Below, in pieces: positions 18,632-26,222 of a DNA stretch of 27,631 nucleotides. The notes beneath the pieces are model-generated. The model was not told the origin of the DNA. It saw only the letters and a list, made by a program, of their open reading frames with translations, and did not search any database. The position numbers were made by a program, and so were the translations under genes. Every line of letters starts with the position of its first letter. The first letter of the stretch is position 1. The stretch is from Kofleriaceae bacterium (GTDB lineage Bacteria; Myxococcota_A; Polyangia; Haliangiales; Haliangiaceae), in contig CBDCCZ010000045.1 of NCBI GenBank assembly GCA_965215005.1, positions 1 through 27,631 of the forward strand. The letters run 5' to 3'.

Positions 18632-20056
18632 TCAGGACTCGGAATCGTCGCGATAAATCGGGACGCGCTGCGTCTTGGCGTTGTCGTCGACCTGCGCTCC
18701 CCGGCCTCCGCGCGCGGTCTCGATGACCATCACCGGTCGCCGCTTGCTCGGCTTCTTGTTGCGCGCGATCAATCGCACGTACGCTTCGGTCGCCGCGGCG
18801 CAGACCTGATCGAGGCTGTCGAGGTCGATGGGAGATAGATCGGGATAGGCAACCCTGTGCCCATAGAGGATGTTGACCACGCGGCGGCCGATCTGAACCA
18901 CCGCTACCGTCGCCCGATGGGGCTCCTCGCAGCGCAGCACCTTATAAAGATAGCTGTGCAGCGTTGCTGGCACCGGTGCCTCGTGCAGCACCGCCGTGTC
19001 CCGCTGCAGCGCGGTTTGAAACATCGACGGAGTATCGAGGGGAATGAGCAGCGCTTCGATCCGCTCATTGTCGACGTGGCCCCCGCGAGCCATCCAGCCG
19101 AAGGCCATGTTGTCGCGCACCACGCAGAGCGCAGCAATATCGAAGACGCTCGCGGCATAGGCCATGATCGCGTGGGCGACATCGCCGCGCTGCTCGGCTT
19201 GCCGCATATGAAGGATCGCGTCTTCGAGCGCCATTGGCTCGACCGGCCGCGCTCGTTCGAGCTCACCCGGCGCTGTGGCCTCGGTGAGATGCCGCGCCAC
19301 TTCTTCATCGTCGTCGCTGGCCGCTGCGCTGCGCTGGGCGTTTGCTTGCCGCGCGCGCTCTTCGGCGGCTCGGGCGTTGGCGGCCGCTTCGGCACGCGCG
19401 GTGTCGTCAGCTTCGAGCTCGGTGAGCAAATCTTCGGCCTCGATCTCGAGCGCCTTGTGGGCGTCGCTCTTGATCTTGGGGGGCCGTGCGCGCAACACCG
19501 GCGCTGGAGTAGGCGCGCTGATGGGCGCATCGACTGGTGGCGGCAATCCCGGCAGCGGTGGCGCCGGCAAGTCGGTCGTGGGGCGGCTGTTGCCGCGGGG
19601 CGTGTCACCAAAGGCGCGAAAGCGTTCCGGTCGCGGCACACCGTAGTAGCGCTCGAGGTAGTAGAAAATGCGTATCTCGGGTGCGACCCGCGGGATGATG
19701 CGATAGCTGGTCGCGCGCGCGAGCTCGTCTAGGCCGACGAGATCATGCGGATCGTCGATGGCGGCGATGAGCTGGCGATCTTGCACGATGATCGGGATGC
19801 ACCGCGACCGCAGCGCCTGCTGAGGCGTTAGCAGCCGCACCGCGTGTTTCTTGGCGCGTTCGAGCGTGGCACCGGTGGCGATCGGGATGCCGAGCTCGAG
19901 CCCGAGATAGACCGTGAGTGTCTCGAGGTCTACGACTCCCATCTCGCAGAGAACCGTGCCGAGCCGACCACCATCGCGGCGCTGTCTATCGAGCGCATCG
20001 CGCAGCTGCGTCTCGGTGACCCGGCCATCGCGAACGAGCATCTCACCGAGCTTCAT
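18632..20056 (-). CDS. Stand-alone MshEN/T2SSE_N-domain protein with C-terminal GAF-like region; no ATPase domain
   Basis: Tandem KLGEMLVRDGRVTETQLRDALDRQ, 5-aa linker, RLGTVLCEMGVV; AIDDPHD; Pro-rich and coiled linker; no Walker A seen. Confidence 0.8.
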   Translation of the reverse strand: MKLGEMLVRDGRVTETQLRDALDRQRRDGGRLGTVLCEMGVVDLETLTVYLGLELGIPIATGATLERAKKHAVRLLTPQQALRSRCIPIIVQDRQLIAAIDDPHDLVGLDELARATSYRIIPRVAPEIRIFYYLERYYGVPRPERFRAFGDTPRGNSRPTTDLPAPPLPGLPPPVDAPISAPTPAPVLRARPPKIKSDAHKALEIEAEDLLTELEADDTARAEAAANARAAEERARQANAQRSAAASDDDEEVARHLTEATAPGELERARPVEPMALEDAILHMRQAEQRGDVAHAIMAYAASVFDIAALCVVRDNMAFGWMARGGHVDNERIEALLIPLDTPSMFQTALQRDTAVLHEAPVPATLHSYLYKVLRCEEPHRATVAVVQIGRRVVNILYGHRVAYPDLSPIDLDSLDQVCAAATEAYVRLIARNKKPSKRRPVMVIETARGGRGAQVDDNAKTQRVPIYRDDSES

Positions 20057-20204
20057 GCGCGGCCAGGGTAGCATCTTCGGCGAGCTCGTCGGCGGTGGAG
20101 GGGTCGGCTTGCTAAGGCGTTCCCTCGCCGCGAAAACCCCTTCAAAGGAGTGTTCGCCAAGTTTTGGCGTTCCGCGGTGGCGCCATGCTAATCAAGATTC
20201 GGTC

Positions 20205-21662
20205 ATGTTGCGTCGCGTGGGCATTGTCTCGATTCCACTCTGCATCGCGATCGGCGCATGTTCGTCCGGCGATGCGCTGGTGCCTATGCCGCTGGTGACG
20301 ACCGCCGCGGCGGCGACCGAAGCAACCAGCGCGAGCCTGCCGACGGAGGCGTTACCACCACCGGCGTTCGGACCCGAAGTAGCGAGCCTGCGCGTGCGTC
20401 GGTCGATCTCGGTGCGCGTCGAGCCGCGCGCCGATAGCGATCGCTACGGCACCGTGGCGCGAGACACCCGCGTGCTCTGGAAGGGTGCAGTCCAAGGACC
20501 CGACTGCGAGCTGCGCTGGATCGAGCTCGAGCCGCGCGGCTTCGTATGCGAGACGTACCTCGAGCCCACCACCGACCCGCCGCACGGTGTCGAGCTTCCC
20601 AAGCTCTATCAAGGCGATCTGGTGCCAGGCGAATACGCCAAGTTCGTCGCCGACCAGGTGACCATTTACCGCCTCACCGACGACGGCATGCTGCTCCCTG
20701 AGCGCACCACCCGCACCTCGATGACGGTGCGCAATCACGGGCAGCGCTTCATCGATGGGCTCAGCTATTGGCGGATTTCGCAGACCGAGCCTCTGTATGT
20801 GCCAACGGCGGTGTTGCGCAGTCATACCCCGAGTCAATTTCACGGCACCCGCCTTGGCGACGATACCGGCCTCGCGCTTCCGGTTGGCTTTCCGCTGCAT
20901 CCGCGCAACGCGAGCCACAGCGTGACGTCGTATTCGGCGGCGGTGGGCGGTGTCGAGGTGCGCAAGCTCGCTGGCCGAGCTCCGTTGCTGGTGCTCGAGA
21001 CCGCCACCGGCGATGATCAGCAACCGCTGGCGTATCGAATTGGCGAGAATGAATGGATTCGCGCGGCTGAAATGCGAGTTGCGCGCGTCTCGTCGCCTCC
21101 GGCCACCATTGAAGCGCATGAGCGCTGGATCGATGTCGATGCAGACGAGCAGGTGCTGGTGGCCTACGAAGGACAAACGCCGGTGTTTGCGACGTTGGTG
21201 TCGACGGGTTCACGACGGCATCCGACCGCCCCGGGCGTGCACCGGATTTGGATCAAGTTCGCCGAGCTCGACATGACCGACCTCGGCGCCGAAGATCCGT
21301 ATTCGGTCGCCACGGTGCCGTGGACGCAGTTTTACGCGCCAGACCTTGCGTTGCACACGGCGTATTGGCACGACACCTTCGGCACCCAGCGCAGCCATGG
21401 CTGCACCAATCTGGCACCGCTCGACGCGCGATTTCTGTACTTCTGGAGTGAGCCGCAGCTGCCGCCGGGGTGGAGCATGGCCAACGGGCTCATCGAGCGC
21501 CCGGGATCGCTGGTGCGGATCCGCACCGCTGCCGAGCCAGCGCCGGAACCGAGTGGATACGCAGCGCAGGTCGAAGCAGCTCGCAGCGCGCGCGACTCGC
21601 CGAGCGATGAGGACCGCGCGCCGCTGACGGCGACGGGCGCGATTGTTAGACTCGCGAGGTGA
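20205..21662 (+). CDS. L,D-transpeptidase (YkuD family) lipoprotein
   Basis: Lipobox IGAC; WIDVDADEQVLVAYEG, VSTG..PTAPG; catalytic ALHTAYWH..SHGCTNL. Confidence 0.9.
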   Translation: MLRRVGIVSIPLCIAIGACSSGDALVPMPLVTTAAAATEATSASLPTEALPPPAFGPEVASLRVRRSISVRVEPRADSDRYGTVARDTRVLWKGAVQGPDCELRWIELEPRGFVCETYLEPTTDPPHGVELPKLYQGDLVPGEYAKFVADQVTIYRLTDDGMLLPERTTRTSMTVRNHGQRFIDGLSYWRISQTEPLYVPTAVLRSHTPSQFHGTRLGDDTGLALPVGFPLHPRNASHSVTSYSAAVGGVEVRKLAGRAPLLVLETATGDDQQPLAYRIGENEWIRAAEMRVARVSSPPATIEAHERWIDVDADEQVLVAYEGQTPVFATLVSTGSRRHPTAPGVHRIWIKFAELDMTDLGAEDPYSVATVPWTQFYAPDLALHTAYWHDTFGTQRSHGCTNLAPLDARFLYFWSEPQLPPGWSMANGLIERPGSLVRIRTAAEPAPEPSGYAAQVEAARSARDSPSDEDRAPLTATGAIVRLAR

Positions 21663-22288
21663 TCGAGTACGTCGACGTCGACCATTCCCGTTTCACCCGC
21701 GCCCAGCGCGACATCTTCGTGGTGAGGGTCGTGCCCGATTGCATGACGCACACGTGCCGCATCATCGAAGAGGAGAATCGCGCCGAGCCCGATGCGTGCT
21801 GCCAATACGGCGCCGATGTCGATCTGCACGAACGACAGCGAATCCTCGATCGCGCCGACGAGTTGCGCGGCCTGCTTCGCAAGGAAGTGCACGACCTCGA
21901 CTGGTTCGAGCCCACCATCTACGTCGACGCCGACTTTCCGGCCGGCAGCTTCGTTCGCACGAGCACGTGGGGCAAAGGATGCGTGTTCTTGGCGCACGAT
22001 GGCCGTGGTTGCGCGATCCACCGCGCCAGCCTCGAAGGCGGCTGGGACTTCCACGGCACCAAGCCGCACGTCTGCCGGCTCTACCCCGTGAGCTACGACG
22101 ATGAATCGATCGTGCTCTCGGATGATTATCCCGAGTACTCGTGCTCGCAAGATCCCTCGGCGCCCTCGGTCTATCGCGTGGCGCGCGCCGATTTGGCGCA
22201 AATCTTCGGTACCGAGCTGGTCACTGCGCTCGATGACGCCGAGGCGAAGGTCCTCTCGCGCAGTCCCGGTTTACGCGTGGTCGGCTAG
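21659..22288 (+). CDS. Cys-cluster protein (YkgJ/DUF3109-like, putative Zn or Fe-S binding)
   Basis: CMTHTC..ACCQYG, GCVFL, GCAIH, KPHVCRLYP; GTGA overlap with the L,D-transpeptidase stop. Confidence 0.75.
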   Translation: MIEYVDVDHSRFTRAQRDIFVVRVVPDCMTHTCRIIEEENRAEPDACCQYGADVDLHERQRILDRADELRGLLRKEVHDLDWFEPTIYVDADFPAGSFVRTSTWGKGCVFLAHDGRGCAIHRASLEGGWDFHGTKPHVCRLYPVSYDDESIVLSDDYPEYSCSQDPSAPSVYRVARADLAQIFGTELVTALDDAEAKVLSRSPGLRVVG

Positions 22289-22290
22289 CG

Positions 22291-23697
22291 TCAGCGCGCG
22301 ATGCGCACCAGGCGCTTCGAAAATCTGGCCCGCGCTTGGCGACGCAACGGCTTACCGCTTCCGCCAAGTGGCAGCTCTGCGGCGGTGATGCGCGCGAACG
22401 CTTTGGGCAGCTTGGCCGCCGCCAAGTGGGCGCGCAAGAACTGCCGTACATCGTTGAAGTCGAGAGCGTCATCGCCTACCAGCACCGCGCAGACGATTTG
22501 CCCCCAGTCACTGTCGTCGGCGCCAAACACGACAGCGCTTGCAATCGCGGGATGCTCGAGCAAGGCGCGTTCGACCTCGGCGGGATAGACATTGACGCCG
22601 CCGCTGATGATGGTGTCGTGCTTGCGATCGACGAGATAAAGATATCCCTCGTCGTCGAAGCGACCCAGATCGCCCACGGATACATGGCCGTCGCGAACCT
22701 CGGCCTGGCCCGATAGGTAGCCTTCCATCACCGCGGGGGAGCGGACAAAGATCTCACCGAGGCCCTCGCGCAGGTTCTCCAGACGCACCGAGGTGCCAGG
22801 TGGCGGCTTGCCCACCGAGCTTGGGCGCAGGCGCTGCTGGGCAGGCGGAAGTACCGCGATGGTGCCGGTTTCGGAGGAGCCGTAGAACTCCCACAAGATG
22901 TCCTCGCCGAGCCAGCTGATGAGCTGCAGCTTGGTGGCCGCGGTGATCGGCGCACCGGCGACGATCGCAACGCGGATCGACGAGAGGTCAAAGCGGGTGC
23001 GGGTGGCTGCGGGCAGCGCCAGGAGCCGGCGATACTGCGTAGGCACCAAGAAGAACAGCGTGGCGCAATGGCTCGCCACCGCTGCCAAGAACGCCTCGGG
23101 GTCAAAGCGCGGCAAGATGACTGTCTTGGCGCCAACCGAACGCGCGGCGCGGAGAAAGATTCCCGGCGCCGAGTGCGCGAGCGGGCACGCGATGAGATGA
23201 ACGTCGCGTGAGCTGATGCCGTAGGTGGCGATAAGCTCGCGGCCGCGCGCTTGCTCTTGCGCGGCGGTGCGCACGCAGCCTTTCGGCCGTCCGGTGGTGC
23301 CCGAGGTATAGATGATGGTCGAGCCGTAGCCGGGCGCATCGTCGCAGCCGCTGCGTCCAACATCGGGTGGCCACGGCAGCACCTCGAGCACTGGCTGCAC
23401 TGTTGCGGGAAGCGTCGCCACCGCCGCTTGCGCCGCCGAGGCCAGCGCGGGCTCGACGAGCAGGATGGATGCGCGGCTGTCGCGCAGCAGGTAGGCAATC
23501 TCGGGCGTGGCGAGCGCTGGATTCACCGGAACCAGCGGGCGGTTGGCAAGCGTAGCAGCGTCGCGCGCCACCACTATCTGCGGGACGTTGCCGGCGAGCA
23601 CCGCAATGGGCGCAGCAGGACGCGGCGCGGCGAGGCGCGGGGCGAGTGCCCGCGCTGCGGAGGCAACCAGGGCATCGTCGAGGACGAAAGCGCTCAT
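22291..23697 (-). CDS. AMP-binding acyl-CoA synthetase (ANL superfamily)
   Basis: YTSGTTGRPKG, FYGSSE, GDLG, DRKHDTIISGGVNVYPAEVE, LPLGGSGK. Start ATG 23697 or TTG 23718. Confidence 0.92.
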   Translation of the reverse strand: MSAFVLDDALVASAARALAPRLAAPRPAAPIAVLAGNVPQIVVARDAATLANRPLVPVNPALATPEIAYLLRDSRASILLVEPALASAAQAAVATLPATVQPVLEVLPWPPDVGRSGCDDAPGYGSTIIYTSGTTGRPKGCVRTAAQEQARGRELIATYGISSRDVHLIACPLAHSAPGIFLRAARSVGAKTVILPRFDPEAFLAAVASHCATLFFLVPTQYRRLLALPAATRTRFDLSSIRVAIVAGAPITAATKLQLISWLGEDILWEFYGSSETGTIAVLPPAQQRLRPSSVGKPPPGTSVRLENLREGLGEIFVRSPAVMEGYLSGQAEVRDGHVSVGDLGRFDDEGYLYLVDRKHDTIISGGVNVYPAEVERALLEHPAIASAVVFGADDSDWGQIVCAVLVGDDALDFNDVRQFLRAHLAAAKLPKAFARITAAELPLGGSGKPLRRQARARFSKRLVRIAR

Positions 23698-23734
23698 GGC
23701 TGCAACCGTGGGAGTCAACCTCGAGCAGGCGCGG

Positions 23735-25414
23735 CTATTGGCCGGGACAGACGGGATCGAGTCCGACCGTGACGTCGTCTACGAGCGTGGTTTCCTGCGG
23801 AAACGCAGTGTTGCAAGCAACGCCTCCATTGCCGCGCAGCACGAAGGTGGCGGTCATGGGGCGTCCCGCGAGAGCCGGGTCGATACACGCCGTCTGCTTC
23901 GTCCAGCCAGCGGAATCGGGAATGGCCACCTCAAAGGTTTTCAAGCTGTCACGCACCAAGAAGCTGGTGGAAGGGCTCGGGCCGAGATTGTAGAAGAACT
24001 GCAGCGCAGGACCGCCTTGCGTGGGATCGGCGCCGGGAACCGCGAAGGAGGTCTGCAGTCGACTATCCTGACATACGTTGGCTACGGTGAGTCGCGCGAC
24101 GCCGGTTCCCGTGTTGGCCAGCTCGGCAGAAGTTTCATAAGCGACTCGCGCAGTGCCGGGCTCGTAAGACGACCACGGCATCAACAAAGTCTGCGCCGCG
24201 CTGCCTGCGCGACCTTCGAAGCTGCCATCGGCGATGGCCTCGAGCTCTGCGCAGGCCGGTTCTTCGACGAGCTCTAGGGTATCGAAGTCGACGCTTTGGG
24301 CGTCGCTTTGACAGGGGAAGAGGTCCCCGACGCTGACGGTGAGCGGGACCGCGTGACCATGACTCCACTGCGGCAGGCATATGGTGGTCACCTTTTCGCC
24401 CGCCGTACCGCTGAGCCGCGCAAACTCGTGGCCCAGCGTGCGTCCTTGCGCTGCATAAGGTGACAGGAGGGTGAGGCTCACCGCGGCGCGAAACTCACCG
24501 CGCCACCATAGCTTGAGCGCCGGCGCGTTCATGGAGCTCGGCACCGATAGCAGCGTCTGCATTGTCGCCGGGCTCTGACAGGCAGGGGTGCTGAGGCGGG
24601 CGCCGCGAGTGCCGTTCTCCCCAACCGCGGCCATATATCCCGCGAGTCCGCCCGGTGGCGCGGAGAAGCTCCATCGATCACTTTCAAAGTCGCCGCCGCG
24701 CACTTGCCCCGGCGGCGGGCACTCGCCTTCTTCGGCAGGGACGATTGCGAATCGATCGACGATGAGCGTGCCTTCAGTGGTGCCCTGTTGGCATTCTGGA
24801 TACGCCCAGTTGATGGCCAACCCAAACTCGACCTCGCCACCGTAGGCGGCTTCTCCAAGGCACACTCGCTGCGTTATCCACGGCGAATCGCCCATCTGCG
24901 GATAGTCTCGACCGAGGGGAATCCACGCACCGTTGATACCCAGCGCCGGGGACGCTGGATATTCCGACTCAAAGCCGCCCACGCCGCCTTGATAGATCAA
25001 CTCGACCACGAGCGGCTCGGCGCGATCGAGCGCTGGCATCAGCACCCGCTGCGTCGCGCGATTCATGGCGCACACCGCGTCACTGTCGAAGAACATATCC
25101 CCTGCGTCGGCGTTGCCGGCACTCTCGGGCCGCACCGCGATGGAGCCTTCGACTGTCCATGCGGTGGGATCTTGAAATCCCGGATCAGCGATGACGCCGC
25201 TCCACTGGCAGCCGTTGTCGCTCAGCGTGTAACCGGAGCCGCAGGCGCACGCGCCGCTCGGCTCGCAAACTTCATGAGCACCGCAGTCGTCATCGACCTG
25301 GCAACCGGAATCGCTGTTGCCGTCGCCGCTGGGCCCGGCATCTTCATCGGCGGGGGCAACGCTGCCACATGCGGTGAGGAGCGCAGCAAAGGTCATGACG
25401 ACTGTGGTTTTCAT
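23735..25414 (-). CDS. Cys-rich lipoprotein: EGF-like module plus three CBM-like modules
   Basis: SD AGGAGAG before ATG 25414; lipobox LTAC; CQVDDDCGAHEVC..CACGSGY..C; three ~160-aa modules starting IADPGFQ, VRGGDFE, IADGSFE. Confidence 0.75.
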   Translation of the reverse strand: MKTTVVMTFAALLTACGSVAPADEDAGPSGDGNSDSGCQVDDDCGAHEVCEPSGACACGSGYTLSDNGCQWSGVIADPGFQDPTAWTVEGSIAVRPESAGNADAGDMFFDSDAVCAMNRATQRVLMPALDRAEPLVVELIYQGGVGGFESEYPASPALGINGAWIPLGRDYPQMGDSPWITQRVCLGEAAYGGEVEFGLAINWAYPECQQGTTEGTLIVDRFAIVPAEEGECPPPGQVRGGDFESDRWSFSAPPGGLAGYMAAVGENGTRGARLSTPACQSPATMQTLLSVPSSMNAPALKLWWRGEFRAAVSLTLLSPYAAQGRTLGHEFARLSGTAGEKVTTICLPQWSHGHAVPLTVSVGDLFPCQSDAQSVDFDTLELVEEPACAELEAIADGSFEGRAGSAAQTLLMPWSSYEPGTARVAYETSAELANTGTGVARLTVANVCQDSRLQTSFAVPGADPTQGGPALQFFYNLGPSPSTSFLVRDSLKTFEVAIPDSAGWTKQTACIDPALAGRPMTATFVLRGNGGVACNTAFPQETTLVDDVTVGLDPVCPGQ

Positions 25415-25571
25415 ATCTCTCCTGCTCGAGCTTGCAGCGGCGACGCTGGAGCGCCATCGCCCCAGAGGGCCGTAGCATCGAGATTGCCGCAAACTCGGCC
25501 CGTTAGATAGGCAAGCTGTGGCAATGGACGGCAATCGGCAGCCCCGCCCGCAACCACGCCCGCCCGCCGAC

Positions 25572-26018
25572 TTACGACTCGACGTGCTGCACCAGCTCGA
25601 CGAGCGTTCCGCCCATCGCCTTGGGATGGAGAAACGCGACCAGGTGACCGAGAGCGCCGGTGCGCGGTGCCTGATCGATCAGCTCCACTCCGCCGTCGCG
25701 GAGCCGGCGCAATGCCTCTTCGATGTCGGTGACTAGCAGCGCGATGTGATGCATGCCGTCGCCGCGCTTGGCGAGAAACTTCTCGAGGCCGGCGTTGCCA
25801 TTCATCGGCGCGACCAGCTCGAGCGCACTTGCTTCACCCGGCAGCCGCAGCCACGCCGCTGTCGCTTTCTGCGGCGCCACATCTTCCCGGTCGATAACCG
25901 GCTGCCCGAGGAGGCGCGTCCAATGCGCTCCGGCTTCATCGATATCGCGAACGCAGATGCCGAGATGGTCGATGCGAACCACGAGACCGGCGAGAAGACC
26001 ATTAGCTGCGCTGTTCAT
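25572..26018 (-). CDS. mce: Methylmalonyl-CoA epimerase (VOC superfamily)
   Basis: RIDHLGICV, LELVAP, FLAKRGDGMHHIAL, VAFLHPKAMGGTLVELVQ. Confidence 0.92.
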   Translation of the reverse strand: MNSAANGLLAGLVVRIDHLGICVRDIDEAGAHWTRLLGQPVIDREDVAPQKATAAWLRLPGEASALELVAPMNGNAGLEKFLAKRGDGMHHIALLVTDIEEALRRLRDGGVELIDQAPRTGALGHLVAFLHPKAMGGTLVELVQHVES

Positions 26019-26091
26019 GAGGATGTTCCTTGCAAAGAGGCTGGATGCCTACCACAGGGTCGCCGCGGCTACGGCCGCGACATGATATCAC

Positions 26092-26142
26092 TTGACGGAT
26101 TAACTTCTTTAATCAAAATAGGAGCGTAACGCGTCACGTCAA
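26092..26142. promoter_or_regulatory. Overlapping face-to-face sigma70-like promoters for the regulator (+) and mce (-)
   Basis: Plus strand: TTGACG 26092-26097, N16, CAAAAT 26114-26119. Minus strand: TTGACG 26142-26137, N16, TATTTT 26120-26115. AT-rich island. Confidence 0.45.
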
Positions 26143-26171
26143 TTCCGCAACTGCCTGATACTATATGCGTA

Positions 26172-26207
26172 TAGGCTTTACAAGCCTGCTGTTCTAGGCT
26201 TCACAAA
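26172..26207. promoter_or_regulatory. Candidate ScfR-family operator
   Basis: Direct repeat TAGGCTTTACAA (26172-26183) / TAGGCTTCACAA (26195-26206); palindrome AGGCTT-tac-AAGCCT (26173-26187); cores resemble TTTGCAAA. Confidence 0.45.
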
Positions 26208-26222
26208 TAAACACCACCTGTC

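Noticed and set aside
19914..20204. N-terminal extension of the L,D-transpeptidase ORF
   Set aside because: Overlaps the divergent MshEN gene; the signal peptide and lipobox start at ATG 20205.
22291..23697. Calling the AMP-binding enzyme menE, prpE or an NRPS adenylation domain
   Set aside because: Only generic ANL motifs are visible; no men genes or carrier protein nearby, so substrate cannot be assigned.
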